Source: Chthonomonadales bacterium
GTDB lineage: Bacteria > Armatimonadota > Chthonomonadetes > Chthonomonadales > Chthonomonadaceae
Assembly (NCBI GenBank): GCA_038217285.1
Contig: JBBQPO010000001.1
Span: forward strand, 22,264 to 86,263
Direction: 5' to 3'
Length of the DNA: 64,000 bases
Shown here: positions 38,941 to 47,877 of the stretch, in pieces
How positions within the stretch are numbered: the first letter of the stretch is position 1
How the letters are laid out: the number at the start of each line of letters is the position of its first letter
Position numbers and translations under genes: made by a program
Notes under the pieces: generated by a model
Databases searched by the model: none
Seen by the model: the letters and a program-made list of their open reading frames with translations, nothing else
Told to the model about the DNA's origin: nothing

Positions 38941-38974
38941 AGCAAAATGGCCGTCGCGGGACGGCCATTTTGCT
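38941..38974. terminator. Perfect 15-bp hairpin downstream of purD, probable terminator
   Basis: AGCAAAATGGCCGTC-GCGG-GACGGCCATTTTGCT. Confidence 0.75.
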
Positions 38975-39057
38975 TTGGCGCAACTCCTTCATGAACGTGG
39001 TTTTCAGTCTTGCCGGCAATGAAAGTGGCTCAGTGGATTCCGGGAGGCTCGTTTGCC

Positions 39058-40353
39058 CTATGTAGTGACCTGGAGGGCGCGGGCGGCGATGTCGCGGCGG
39101 TAGGTGATGCCATCGAAGTTCAGGCGGGCCATACCTTTGTAGGCGCGGGTAACGGCCGTGCCGAGGTCTTCGGCGAGGCCGGTGACGCTCAGGACGCGGC
39201 CCCCATCGGTCACGGTCTGGCCGTCGGCGAGGCGGGTTCCGGCGTGGAAGACGAGGCAGTCCTCCTGCGTTCCGAACGTCTCCAGGCCGGTGATGACTTT
39301 GCCTGTCTCATAGTCGTCGGGATAGCCGCCCGAGGCCGCCACGACGGTCGCGGAGGCGCCACCGCGCCAGCGCACCTCCTGCTGCTCCAGCGTACAGTCC
39401 GTCACGCCCAACAGCAGGGGAACCAAATCGCTCGCCAGCAGGGGCAGGACCGCCTGCGTCTCCGGATCGCCGAGGCGACAGTTGAACTCGATGCACTTCG
39501 GGCCTTCAGCAGTGATAATGATACCGGCGTAGAGGACGCCCTTATAGGGGATGCCCAGTTCGCGCACCGCCCGAATAGCGGGCCGCAGAATGCGCTCCAT
39601 CGCAATGTTCACCGTATCTGCGGGGATCGTGGGAACAGGCGCGTAGGCGCCCATACCGCCCGTATTCGGGCCGGTGTCGCCCTCCCCTATCCGCTTGTGA
39701 TCCTGCGACGGCACCAGCGGAATGATCGTCTCGCCGTCTGTGATCGCCATGATCGACGCCTCTTCGCCGTAGAGCCGCTCCTCGATCACCACCACATCTC
39801 CGGCCTGTCCGAAGACCCTCTCGCCCATGATACGGATCAGGCCTGCCTCGGCCTCGGCCTGGTTGTTCGCGACGATCACGCCTTTGCCTGCCGCAATCCC
39901 ATCCGCCTTTATGACGATTCCGACATCCGGAGCGTTCTGCGCGTAGTAGGCCCGCAGGATCGCCTGCGCTTCCGCGAGCGAACGGCATGTCCAGAAGGCG
40001 GCCGTGGGAATGCCTGCCGACTGCATCAGCTCCTTGGCGAAAGTCTTACTGCCTTCCAGCCGGGCCGGATCGGTGGAGGGGCCAAAGATCGGCAGCCCTC
40101 GCGCCTCGAACTTATCGACGATCCCGGCGATAAGCGGCGCTTCCGGCCCCACAACGGTCAGGCCCACGCCGTTCCTCTCGGCGAAATCCGCCAGGAGAGA
40201 GATATCCGTCGCCTGGATCGGCACGCACTCCGCCATCTGCGCGATGCCCGCATTGCCCGGCGCACAGAAGATCTTCTCCACCAGCGGACTCTGGGCGATC
40301 TTCCAGACCAGCGCGTGTTCGCGCCCGCCCCCGCCTACGACCAGTACACGCAT
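39058..40353 (-). CDS. purD: Phosphoribosylamine--glycine ligase
   Basis: MRVLVVGGGGREHA, LEGSK, QDHKR, GPNTGGMGAY, EFNCRLGDPETQ. Confidence 0.98.
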   Translation of the reverse strand: MRVLVVGGGGREHALVWKIAQSPLVEKIFCAPGNAGIAQMAECVPIQATDISLLADFAERNGVGLTVVGPEAPLIAGIVDKFEARGLPIFGPSTDPARLEGSKTFAKELMQSAGIPTAAFWTCRSLAEAQAILRAYYAQNAPDVGIVIKADGIAAGKGVIVANNQAEAEAGLIRIMGERVFGQAGDVVVIEERLYGEEASIMAITDGETIIPLVPSQDHKRIGEGDTGPNTGGMGAYAPVPTIPADTVNIAMERILRPAIRAVRELGIPYKGVLYAGIIITAEGPKCIEFNCRLGDPETQAVLPLLASDLVPLLLGVTDCTLEQQEVRWRGGASATVVAASGGYPDDYETGKVITGLETFGTQEDCLVFHAGTRLADGQTVTDGGRVLSVTGLAEDLGTAVTRAYKGMARLNFDGITYRRDIAARALQVTT

Positions 40354-40467
40354 GCCCTTACGCTCCTTCCGTCTACTCCCCGAAATCAAAAATCTCTCCT
40401 TCTGCCAACGCCCTGAATTCAAAATCGTATCTCTCCACTCCTCGACATTCCGAAATCAAAAATGGCT

Positions 40468-41898
40468 TCATTCTCCGCTGTCGCCAGGGTCATAGTAGCC
40501 GGGCGCGAGGTTTTCGAACCGGGCGTAGTGCGGCAGGAAGCCGACCTTGACCGGTCCGGTCGGGCCGTTACGCTGCTTGGCGATGATCAGCTCCGCCACT
40601 TCCAGTTTTTCCCGGTCCCGCTCGTCCCGGTCGCCCGACTGCTGCTCCCGGTCATCCGCCGCTGAGCTCGCCTCTTTCATTTTGTAGTAGGCTTCGCGGT
40701 AGATAAACATGACGATGTCCGCCTCCGCCTCGATCGCGCCGGATTCGCGAAGGTCGGAGAGCATCGGGCGTTTGTCGGGGCGCGATTCGACGGCGCGGCT
40801 GAGCTGCGACAGCGCGATCACCGGGACTTCCAACTCGCGCGCCATCTGCTTGGTGGAGCGGGCGATCTCAGAGATCTCCTGGTTGCGGTTCTCGGTGCGT
40901 TTATGGGAGCGCATCAGTTGCAGATAGTCGATGACGACCATGCCCAGGCCCTTCTGCTCTGCCTTCAGTCGGCGGCATTTGGCGCGGATCTCCAGCGCGG
41001 AGATGTCGGGCGAATCGTCGATGAAGATCGGGGCCTCGGCCAGCCGCTGGATTCCCTCGCCGACCCGCTGCCAGTCGTCGCTCTGCAGGAATCCGGTACG
41101 CAGCTTATGCGCGTCTACCCGCGACTCGGAACAGATCATACGCGTGACCAACTGCTCCGCCGACATCTCCAGGCTGAAGATCGCCACCGGCAGCTTCTCG
41201 TTCAAGGCCACGTACTGTGCCAGTTGGACGGTCAGGGCGGTCTTGCCCATACTCGGTCGGGCGGCGACGATGATGAGGTCGGAGGGCTGAAAACCGGCGG
41301 TCTTGTAGTTGAGGTCGTCGAAGGGGGTTTTGCGGCCCGTCGGAGCGCCACGATTGGAGTCCAGACTGTCGAGGCGATCCAGCTCTTTGTCGAGCAGGGG
41401 GCGAAGCTGTTTGAAGAACTGGCCGGCGCGCCTGCGACCGATCTCGAAAACGATCTGTTCCGCCCGGTCCACCACTTCACTGATATTGTTGAACTCGGAA
41501 TAGGCCAGTCCCTGCACCTGCGTCCCGGCATCGAGCAGGCGGCGCAGAATCGATTTCTCTTCGACCAGGCGGGCGTAGTACTCGATATTGGCGGCAGTCG
41601 AGGGCGCCTCCATCAGGTTCTGAAGGTAGATCAAACCTCCGACCGAGTCGTACTGCCCACGCGCTCTCAGTTCGTTGGTCAGGGTGATCAGATCGACAGG
41701 CTCGTCCCGCTGGGTGAGGGCTAGCATGCCCTCGAAGACGAAGCGGTGGGCGTCGCGATAGAAGTCTTCCGGGCGCAGGATCTCCGCGCCGCGCTCGACC
41801 GCTGTCCGCTCGATCAGCATCGAGCCCAGCACGGCCTGCTCCGCTTCCAGGTTCTGCGGGGGAACACGATCAAACGAACCCGGATAGTCCGATGCCAC
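40468..41898 (-). CDS. dnaB: Replicative DNA helicase
   Basis: PPQNLEAEQAVLG, AARPSMGKT, IDYLQL, LSQLSR, DLRESGAIE, AKQRNGP. GTG start after a GGAGG RBS. Confidence 0.97.
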   Translation of the reverse strand: MASDYPGSFDRVPPQNLEAEQAVLGSMLIERTAVERGAEILRPEDFYRDAHRFVFEGMLALTQRDEPVDLITLTNELRARGQYDSVGGLIYLQNLMEAPSTAANIEYYARLVEEKSILRRLLDAGTQVQGLAYSEFNNISEVVDRAEQIVFEIGRRRAGQFFKQLRPLLDKELDRLDSLDSNRGAPTGRKTPFDDLNYKTAGFQPSDLIIVAARPSMGKTALTVQLAQYVALNEKLPVAIFSLEMSAEQLVTRMICSESRVDAHKLRTGFLQSDDWQRVGEGIQRLAEAPIFIDDSPDISALEIRAKCRRLKAEQKGLGMVVIDYLQLMRSHKRTENRNQEISEIARSTKQMARELEVPVIALSQLSRAVESRPDKRPMLSDLRESGAIEAEADIVMFIYREAYYKMKEASSAADDREQQSGDRDERDREKLEVAELIIAKQRNGPTGPVKVGFLPHYARFENLAPGYYDPGDSGE

Positions 41899-42004
41899 GA
41901 TAGCGCCCTCCCCTGGATTAGGATGCACAGGATAAACTGGATGAAACGGTGAGTAGAAGTACTGAATCGCGAAACGGGTTTGAAAACGAGCGGATGGAAG
42001 CAAA

Positions 42005-42109
42005 ATAGACAGGATCTACAAGATTTACAGGAGGAACAAGGGTTCGGCGTCTGCACCGCACCCTCCATTGACCTCTAGCTTACCTGTAAATCCTGGAAAT
42101 CCTGTCTAT
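42005..42109. repeat. Intergenic element with 27-bp imperfect inverted repeats
   Basis: ATAGACAGGATCTACAAGATTTACAGG (42005-42031) vs CCTGTAAATCCTGGAAATCCTGTCTAT (42083-42109), 24/27 complementary. Confidence 0.75.
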
Positions 42110-42130
42110 ATTCCCGCAGCGGGGAAAGAA

Positions 42131-42790
42131 CTAACCTTCGGCGTCGGGAGCCTCGTCGAGCAGGGAGTAGTTGCGGCGCGGGCGGCGCTCACGGGGCGGC
42201 TCATCGCCACGGGCTTCCTGCGCGGCGGCGCGGGCTTCGGCAGCGGCCTGAGCCGCGACTTCGGCGGCAGCAAGGCGGGCCGCTTCGCGCTCGGCGGCGA
42301 GTTCGGCAGCGACGCGGGCTTTCTCTTTGGCTTCGATAATTTCTGGGGTGACCACTTCCACCTTGAACGGGACCGTGACTTCCGGATGCAGGCGGGCGGT
42401 CAGGTCGTAGGTGCCGGTCACTTTGATCGGGTCGATCAGGCTGACGCGGCGCTTGTCGACTTCCACTCCGAGGGTCTTCTGAATAATTTCGACTACGTCC
42501 GCCTCGGTCACGGCGCCGAAGAGACGATTGGACTTCGGGTTGGAACGGGCCATGATCTGGAACGACTGGTCGCGCAGTTTCTCCGCGTTGGCCTGCGCGT
42601 TCGCAAGCAGCGCCGCCGTCTTGGCGACTTCGCGGTTGATGCGGTTTTCGTGGTTCTTGAGCGCCGAACCCTTGGCGACGACAGCGAGTTGGCGGGGGAA
42701 CAGATAGTTACGCGCATAACCGTCCGCAACGGCGAGAATCTCTCCGTCCTTGCCGACCTTCGGCACATCGCGGGTTAAAATCACTTTCAT
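42131..42790 (-). CDS. rplI: 50S ribosomal protein L9 with Ala/Glu-rich C-terminal extension
   Basis: MKVIL..DV..VG..G..VADGYARNYLFP, RLFGAVT, LHPEV. Adjacent to dnaB. Confidence 0.96.
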   Translation of the reverse strand: MKVILTRDVPKVGKDGEILAVADGYARNYLFPRQLAVVAKGSALKNHENRINREVAKTAALLANAQANAEKLRDQSFQIMARSNPKSNRLFGAVTEADVVEIIQKTLGVEVDKRRVSLIDPIKVTGTYDLTARLHPEVTVPFKVEVVTPEIIEAKEKARVAAELAAEREAARLAAAEVAAQAAAEARAAAQEARGDEPPRERRPRRNYSLLDEAPDAEG

Positions 42791-42827
42791 CGAGAGGATC
42801 TCCTGTATCGGTAAAAATAGGTGCAGA

Positions 42828-44309
42828 TTACTGTTTTATCTGAAAGCCGATAATCGGAACGGGGGTGCGGAGAAGGTTGTCTGCGCCCAGCCAAACCGAA
42901 GCGTTCTGTTTTACCCTAAAAAGGGCCTTCGCGTCAAGGCGTGGACGGTTCGTATCCCATAAATCGACGCGAAAACCGAGGCCACGCTTCGACTCGTAAT
43001 CGAGTCCGGCCCCAAGGCGTGAGGCATAGAGCCCATAACGGAGCAGGAGGCTGTCGGCGGTTTCACCGGGACGCAGGTTGGCGACAGGGAGCATGTACGT
43101 GCCCGCCTGCAGGTTCAGGCGCGTGTTCTGCCCCAGATCGTAGAAGCCGACGTCTACAAGTCCCGTGCGACTGGTGGGAATGCGGGCATCCACATCGATG
43201 CGCAGTCGCGTCGGGTCGAGCGATTCGGAGACGTTGCCGATCACCTCGATCTTGGGCACACGCGGCCCATGCGACCCTGGGCTCGTCAGTTTGTTGAGCA
43301 GCGTGTCCACCTTCTCCGCCACCCCGCGCCCTCGGTCGGTGATCTCCTGCAGGTTGGCGACGCTGGTCTTCAGATTGGTCTGAAGGTTCGGATCGCCGGA
43401 AATCTCATGAATGTCGGAGGCGATCTGGTTGAAACGAGCGAGCGTCGTCCGGGCGAGATCGGCCGTCTCCTGCAGCGTGTTTTGCAGGCGCGGGTCGGTG
43501 ACCTGTTCCGTCAGCTTCTTCACGATCGTGTTCGTGTCGTCGATGGTGGTATCGACATGGTCGAGCACTTCGTTGACTTTGGCGGTCAGCTTGTCCAGGT
43601 TGCCGCGGCTGCCCTTGATCGTCTCGGTCAACTGGACTCGCAGACTATCCGAGGCTTTCTTGGCGTTGGCCGAGGTGTCTTGAAAGTTCTGAAGCGTGCT
43701 CAAGAGCCTGTTTTTTAGCACCGGATCCCCGATGAAGCTCTGCGTGGAGGCGACGGTCTTATTGGTCGTATCGAGCAGTGTCTTGGTCCGGTCGAGCACG
43801 TCATTGAGCTTTCCGGACGTACTCTTCAGGGTGAGTTGGAGGTCGTTGACGAGTTTCGTACTGTTCTGCACGGCCTCTTCCAGCTTCGGGTCGAGACTGG
43901 CGAGGGCTCCCTGCGGCTTGTCGCCATCGGCGACAGCAGAGTTGTCGGTCAGCAGGTAGGTCGCCTTATCCGAGGGCTTGACCAGAATCTGCGGCGTGGT
44001 GATGAGCAGGCCAGAGACGATGACGAAGTGCGATCCTTCGGGAATCGTGTACTTGTTGTTGATGGCAAGCGTCACGATAGGCAGCGGGGGATGCTGCGTC
44101 TGATCCAGGGTGACATTGGCCACCTCGCCGATGGCGACACCCTGCATCCGCACGACGCTCTGCCGCTGGACTCCCAGCGTATCCTCGAAACGTACTTTGA
44201 TTTTATAGGTGTTCGGGTTGATATGCGAAAGGTAGAGGTAGAGCACTCCAAACACGGCCAGCGCCAGCAACACCATGCTTCCAACCTTCGTAACTGTTCT
44301 CGATTCCAT
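42828..44309 (-). CDS. mlaD: MlaD/MCE family protein with coiled coil and beta-rich C-terminus
   Basis: N-terminal TM, VRMQGVAIGEV (MCE), long heptad region. In operon with mlaF/mlaE-like genes. Confidence 0.8.
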   Translation of the reverse strand: MESRTVTKVGSMVLLALAVFGVLYLYLSHINPNTYKIKVRFEDTLGVQRQSVVRMQGVAIGEVANVTLDQTQHPPLPIVTLAINNKYTIPEGSHFVIVSGLLITTPQILVKPSDKATYLLTDNSAVADGDKPQGALASLDPKLEEAVQNSTKLVNDLQLTLKSTSGKLNDVLDRTKTLLDTTNKTVASTQSFIGDPVLKNRLLSTLQNFQDTSANAKKASDSLRVQLTETIKGSRGNLDKLTAKVNEVLDHVDTTIDDTNTIVKKLTEQVTDPRLQNTLQETADLARTTLARFNQIASDIHEISGDPNLQTNLKTSVANLQEITDRGRGVAEKVDTLLNKLTSPGSHGPRVPKIEVIGNVSESLDPTRLRIDVDARIPTSRTGLVDVGFYDLGQNTRLNLQAGTYMLPVANLRPGETADSLLLRYGLYASRLGAGLDYESKRGLGFRVDLWDTNRPRLDAKALFRVKQNASVWLGADNLLRTPVPIIGFQIKQ

Positions 44310-44392
44310 GCTGACTCCTCATGCCCGACAGGGGGCTACCGACAGCGAAGGGCCTATGGCCCGCCTTCGTGGGCACAACGCCTTCCTTGACG

Positions 44393-45154
44393 TTATGGCC
44401 CGCTTACGCCCGCGACCATGTGTGTTTCCGGGTGCAGAAACTCCTGCACGATAGGGTTGGGTGAGGCACGCACTTCGTCGGGGGTGCCGTAGATGACTAT
44501 CTTGCCCTTGTGCAGCATCGCCACATGATCGGATATACGAAAGATCGAAGGCAGATGATGTGAAACGACCACAGAGGTGACTCCGGTGCGTTCCCGCGTC
44601 TGCATGATAAGATTGTCGATCGTGTTGGCCGTGATCGGATCGAGGCCGCTGGTCGGCTCATCATAAAAGACGATGGACGGCTCCATTGCCAGCGCGCGCG
44701 CCAGCCCGACCCGCTTTTGCATGCCGCCGGAGAGCTCCGAAGGAAAGCGTTTCTCCACGCCCGGCAACTCCACTTCAGCCAGTCGATCCCGCACCATTTT
44801 TTCCAACTCCGCCTTCGGAACCCGGTGGCGGTGGCGCACCACGCCGAACACGATGTTATCGAAGACACTGAGGGAGTCGAAGAGTGCGGAGTACTGAAAG
44901 ACGAGGCCGATCTTCAGGCGCATCTTGTCCAGTTCCGACTCTTTCAGGGCGGCGATGTCCTGCTCGTCGATAAGAATCTGCCCGGAGGTCGGCCGGATCA
45001 GCCCGGTCAGCAGCTTCAGCAGGGTCGTCTTACCGCTGCCGGACTGCCCCATGATGGAGACGATCTCACCTTTGGCGATGTCGAGGTCGATGTCGTTCAG
45101 GATGCGTTTATGCGGGACTTCGTAGACCACATTTCGGACGGATACTGCGCTCAT
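44393..45154 (-). CDS. mlaF: MlaF/Mkl-type ABC ATP-binding protein
   Basis: GQSGSGKT, FQYSALFDS, LSGGMQKRVGLARA, YDEPTSGLDP. Confidence 0.88.
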   Translation of the reverse strand: MSAVSVRNVVYEVPHKRILNDIDLDIAKGEIVSIMGQSGSGKTTLLKLLTGLIRPTSGQILIDEQDIAALKESELDKMRLKIGLVFQYSALFDSLSVFDNIVFGVVRHRHRVPKAELEKMVRDRLAEVELPGVEKRFPSELSGGMQKRVGLARALAMEPSIVFYDEPTSGLDPITANTIDNLIMQTRERTGVTSVVVSHHLPSIFRISDHVAMLHKGKIVIYGTPDEVRASPNPIVQEFLHPETHMVAGVSGP

Positions 45155-45173
45155 AGCCTTGCCTCTCCCCGAC

Positions 45174-46025
45174 TCATTTCGTCAGTATCTGCGCCAGGAA
45201 GAAGTCGGTGATAAAGATCAGCACGACACACAGCACCACAGAACTGGTGGTGGCGCGGCCCACGCCGGTGGCGCCGCCCTTCGTGCGCAGTCCTTGCTGG
45301 CAGGCGACCAGCCCGATCAGAAAGCCGAACACGACCGACTTCAAGAGGCCGTGCAGGAGGTCCGACGATTTCGTATAGGTATGCACCGATGTCCAGTACG
45401 ATTCCGCCGAGACGCCCGCTCCCAGCGAAAACAGATAGCCGCCGCAGAGCCCGGCGATGTCGGCCAGCACCGTCAGCAAGGGGAGCATGATGACGGCGGC
45501 GAGTACGCGTGGCACGACCAGATAGCGGATGGGGGAGACCGCCATAGCCCGCAGGGCATCGACCTGCTCCGTGACGACCATAGAGCCGATCTCGGCGGCG
45601 ATGGCGGCTCCCGACCGCGCCGCCAGTCCGACCCCCCCCAGTGTCGGGCCGAGCTCGTTCAAAAAGCTGTAGCTGACGGTCCCACCAAGAAACTGATTGA
45701 ACCCGCTGCCGAACTGACTCGTCAGTGTGGCGATATAGAAGGCGAAGACCGCGCCCGTCGCACCGGTGATGATGAGCACGATCCAGACGGAATCGACGCC
45801 AATGGAGGCCATCTGATGGATGAGATCGCGCATCTCGAAGCCGCCGTGCAGGATCGAGGTGAAGGCTTGACCGGCGAGAATGGTCACCTCACCGACGAAA
45901 TCCACCATGTTATGCAGCATACGGAGCAGACGGCGCACCGCTCCCCGAGGCGGATCGTCCGGAGACTCCACGTCGGAGGTTGGAGTCTCGACGCCTTTTT
46001 TCGGTTGTGCTGCCTGATCCACCAT
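45174..46025 (-). CDS. mlaE: MlaE family permease
   Basis: ELGP, ARSGAAIAAEIGSM..EQVDAL, YLVVPR, GVGRATT. Start uncertain. Confidence 0.88.
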   Translation of the reverse strand: MVDQAAQPKKGVETPTSDVESPDDPPRGAVRRLLRMLHNMVDFVGEVTILAGQAFTSILHGGFEMRDLIHQMASIGVDSVWIVLIITGATGAVFAFYIATLTSQFGSGFNQFLGGTVSYSFLNELGPTLGGVGLAARSGAAIAAEIGSMVVTEQVDALRAMAVSPIRYLVVPRVLAAVIMLPLLTVLADIAGLCGGYLFSLGAGVSAESYWTSVHTYTKSSDLLHGLLKSVVFGFLIGLVACQQGLRTKGGATGVGRATTSSVVLCVVLIFITDFFLAQILTK

Positions 46026-46041
46026 GCTCTCAGTATACCCT

Positions 46042-47436
46042 TTAGTTGCTGCGCGCTTCTTCGATTCGGGCGAGCAGGTGGGCCAGATGGCGTGTACCCA
46101 GGAGGAAATCCGGCAGGCGGATATGCTCATTGGGGGCGTGCACACGAACGCCGGGATACTCGATTCCGGGGCTGGTGACGGGCAGCCCAAGCCTGCCGCT
46201 GAACCACCACATGGGGCCGGAGCCGCCGACGATGGGCGTGATGCGGGCCGGTTTGCCGTAGACCGCTTCGGCGGTCCGGGCGGCGAGCTGGATCAGGGGA
46301 TGGTCTGGATCGACGCGCGCGGGGCGCTGTCCGCCCAGGTATCGGATCTCGATGTCGGCAAAGCCGTGCCTATCGAGATGGGTGCGGAGCGCGGCGTACA
46401 CCGTCTCCGGATCCTGATCGGGCACGAGCCGAAAGTCCATCTTGGCCTTCGCTTCCGACGGCAGGACCGTCTTCGCCCCTGCTCCCTGCCAGCCGCTGTC
46501 GAGGCCGCAGATCGTCAGCGTCGGCTCGAACACAGCGCGGCGTTTCAGCTCCAGCCCCGTGGTCTGCGCTCCGCCCAGAAAGCCGCCTTCCGGCAGCCCG
46601 AACTGGCTGCGCAGATACGCCTCGTCGTCCGGCAGCGCGTCCAGCAGCTCCAGATCCCGTACCGTGGCCAGCCGGGCCGTATCGTAATGTCCCGGCAGCA
46701 GAATGCGCTCGTTCCGGTCTTTGAGTGTGGCCAGCGCCCAGACGAGCCTCCACGCGGCGTTCGGCAACAGCGAGCCGCCCTGGCCGGAGTGGGCGTCGTA
46801 GGCGATGGTCCGGACGCTCAGCTCGAAATAGGCGATTCCGCGCATGCCACAATAGAGAAATGGGTTGCCGTCGTTGTCGGTGCCGCCCTCTTCCCATATG
46901 CAGAAGTCGGCGCGCAGCAGCTCCGTGTTCCGCTCGATCCAGGCCCCAAGATGGGGGCTGCCGATCTCCTCTTCGCCCTCCACCAGAAACTTGACGTGAA
47001 AGGGGTAGCGGCCGCCGTTCGCCTCGCGAATGGCCCGCAGCGCCAGCAGGCGGGAGATGATATGCCCTTTGTCGTCCGCAACCCCCCGCGCAAAAGCTTT
47101 GCCGTCCCGCACCGTCAGTTGAAACGGCGGACTGTCCCAAAGCTCCAGCGGCTCAGCGGGCTGCACATCGTAGTGGTTGTAGAACAGGACGGTCGGCGCG
47201 TCGGCACGGTCGGCACCCGCCTCCCCAAAAGCGACCGGCGGCCCGCCTGGAACATCGAGCACCTGGGCAGTCAGCCCCTCCGCGCGCATAAACGCCGCGA
47301 CCTGTTCGGCGCACGGCTCCAGCGCCTCCCCTTTGGCCGAGACGCTCGGCAGCGCGCAGAGCGTGGCGAGGTCCGCCAATGCGCCCTCGTTTCCAGCGGC
47401 GATGATGGCATCCAGTTGTTCGGGTTTAATCAGCAT
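46042..47436 (-). CDS. M20/M25/M40 family metallopeptidase
   Basis: YNHYDVQP, RGVADDKG, EGEEEIGS, HAPNE. Confidence 0.92.
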   Translation of the reverse strand: MLIKPEQLDAIIAAGNEGALADLATLCALPSVSAKGEALEPCAEQVAAFMRAEGLTAQVLDVPGGPPVAFGEAGADRADAPTVLFYNHYDVQPAEPLELWDSPPFQLTVRDGKAFARGVADDKGHIISRLLALRAIREANGGRYPFHVKFLVEGEEEIGSPHLGAWIERNTELLRADFCIWEEGGTDNDGNPFLYCGMRGIAYFELSVRTIAYDAHSGQGGSLLPNAAWRLVWALATLKDRNERILLPGHYDTARLATVRDLELLDALPDDEAYLRSQFGLPEGGFLGGAQTTGLELKRRAVFEPTLTICGLDSGWQGAGAKTVLPSEAKAKMDFRLVPDQDPETVYAALRTHLDRHGFADIEIRYLGGQRPARVDPDHPLIQLAARTAEAVYGKPARITPIVGGSGPMWWFSGRLGLPVTSPGIEYPGVRVHAPNEHIRLPDFLLGTRHLAHLLARIEEARSN

Positions 47437-47500
47437 GGGATCTCTTTCATAGGGCGTAAGGAAGCGATGCTAAGTCGTGCCGAACGATAGCAACAGTGGT

Positions 47501-47663
47501 GCTAGCGATGGAATGAATTCCTTCGCTAGGGGCGCTCTGCGCCGAGTGACTGCCTTCGCGGGCACAAAGGTGCTCGTTCTCGAAGCAAATTGGCCCCGGT
47601 ACGTGGCCTGCTCCGTCCAGAGGACGGCTCGGCAAAGCCGCGTAGCGAAGGACGACGTCCTTT
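47501..47663. repeat. Second copy of the REP-like composite seen at about 3000-3140
   Basis: TAGCGATGGAATGAATTCCTTCGCTAGG...GAGTGAC.GCCTTCGCGGGCACAAAG, then CGGCAAAGCCGCGTAGCGAAGGA at about 47630-47652. Confidence 0.8.
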
Positions 47664-47877
47664 GATTCGGGACAACACTCCTCGATTCCTGTTACCACGT
47701 CAGAGCACAAAGTCGTTTCTTCACGAGAAGACGCCGTTGGTCCACCGGAAGTGTGTGGAGTGTATGCAAGCGCGGCAGGAAAATGCGGCGGAGACTGCGA
47801 ACATAGCCGACGACATGCCCACCGAACGGACTGCGCTTTATGCGGAGCCGGAAGTTCCGAAAAAGGAGAACAACGCG

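Noticed and set aside
38990-39060. c-di-GMP-I riboswitch upstream of GH44 (GGGCAAAC on the minus strand)
   Set aside because: The following GNRA-loop stem and GCAAAG elements are not present, and the motif overlaps the purD stop.
40468-41898. Intein in DnaB
   Set aside because: Normal length (about 476 aa) with contiguous helicase motifs.
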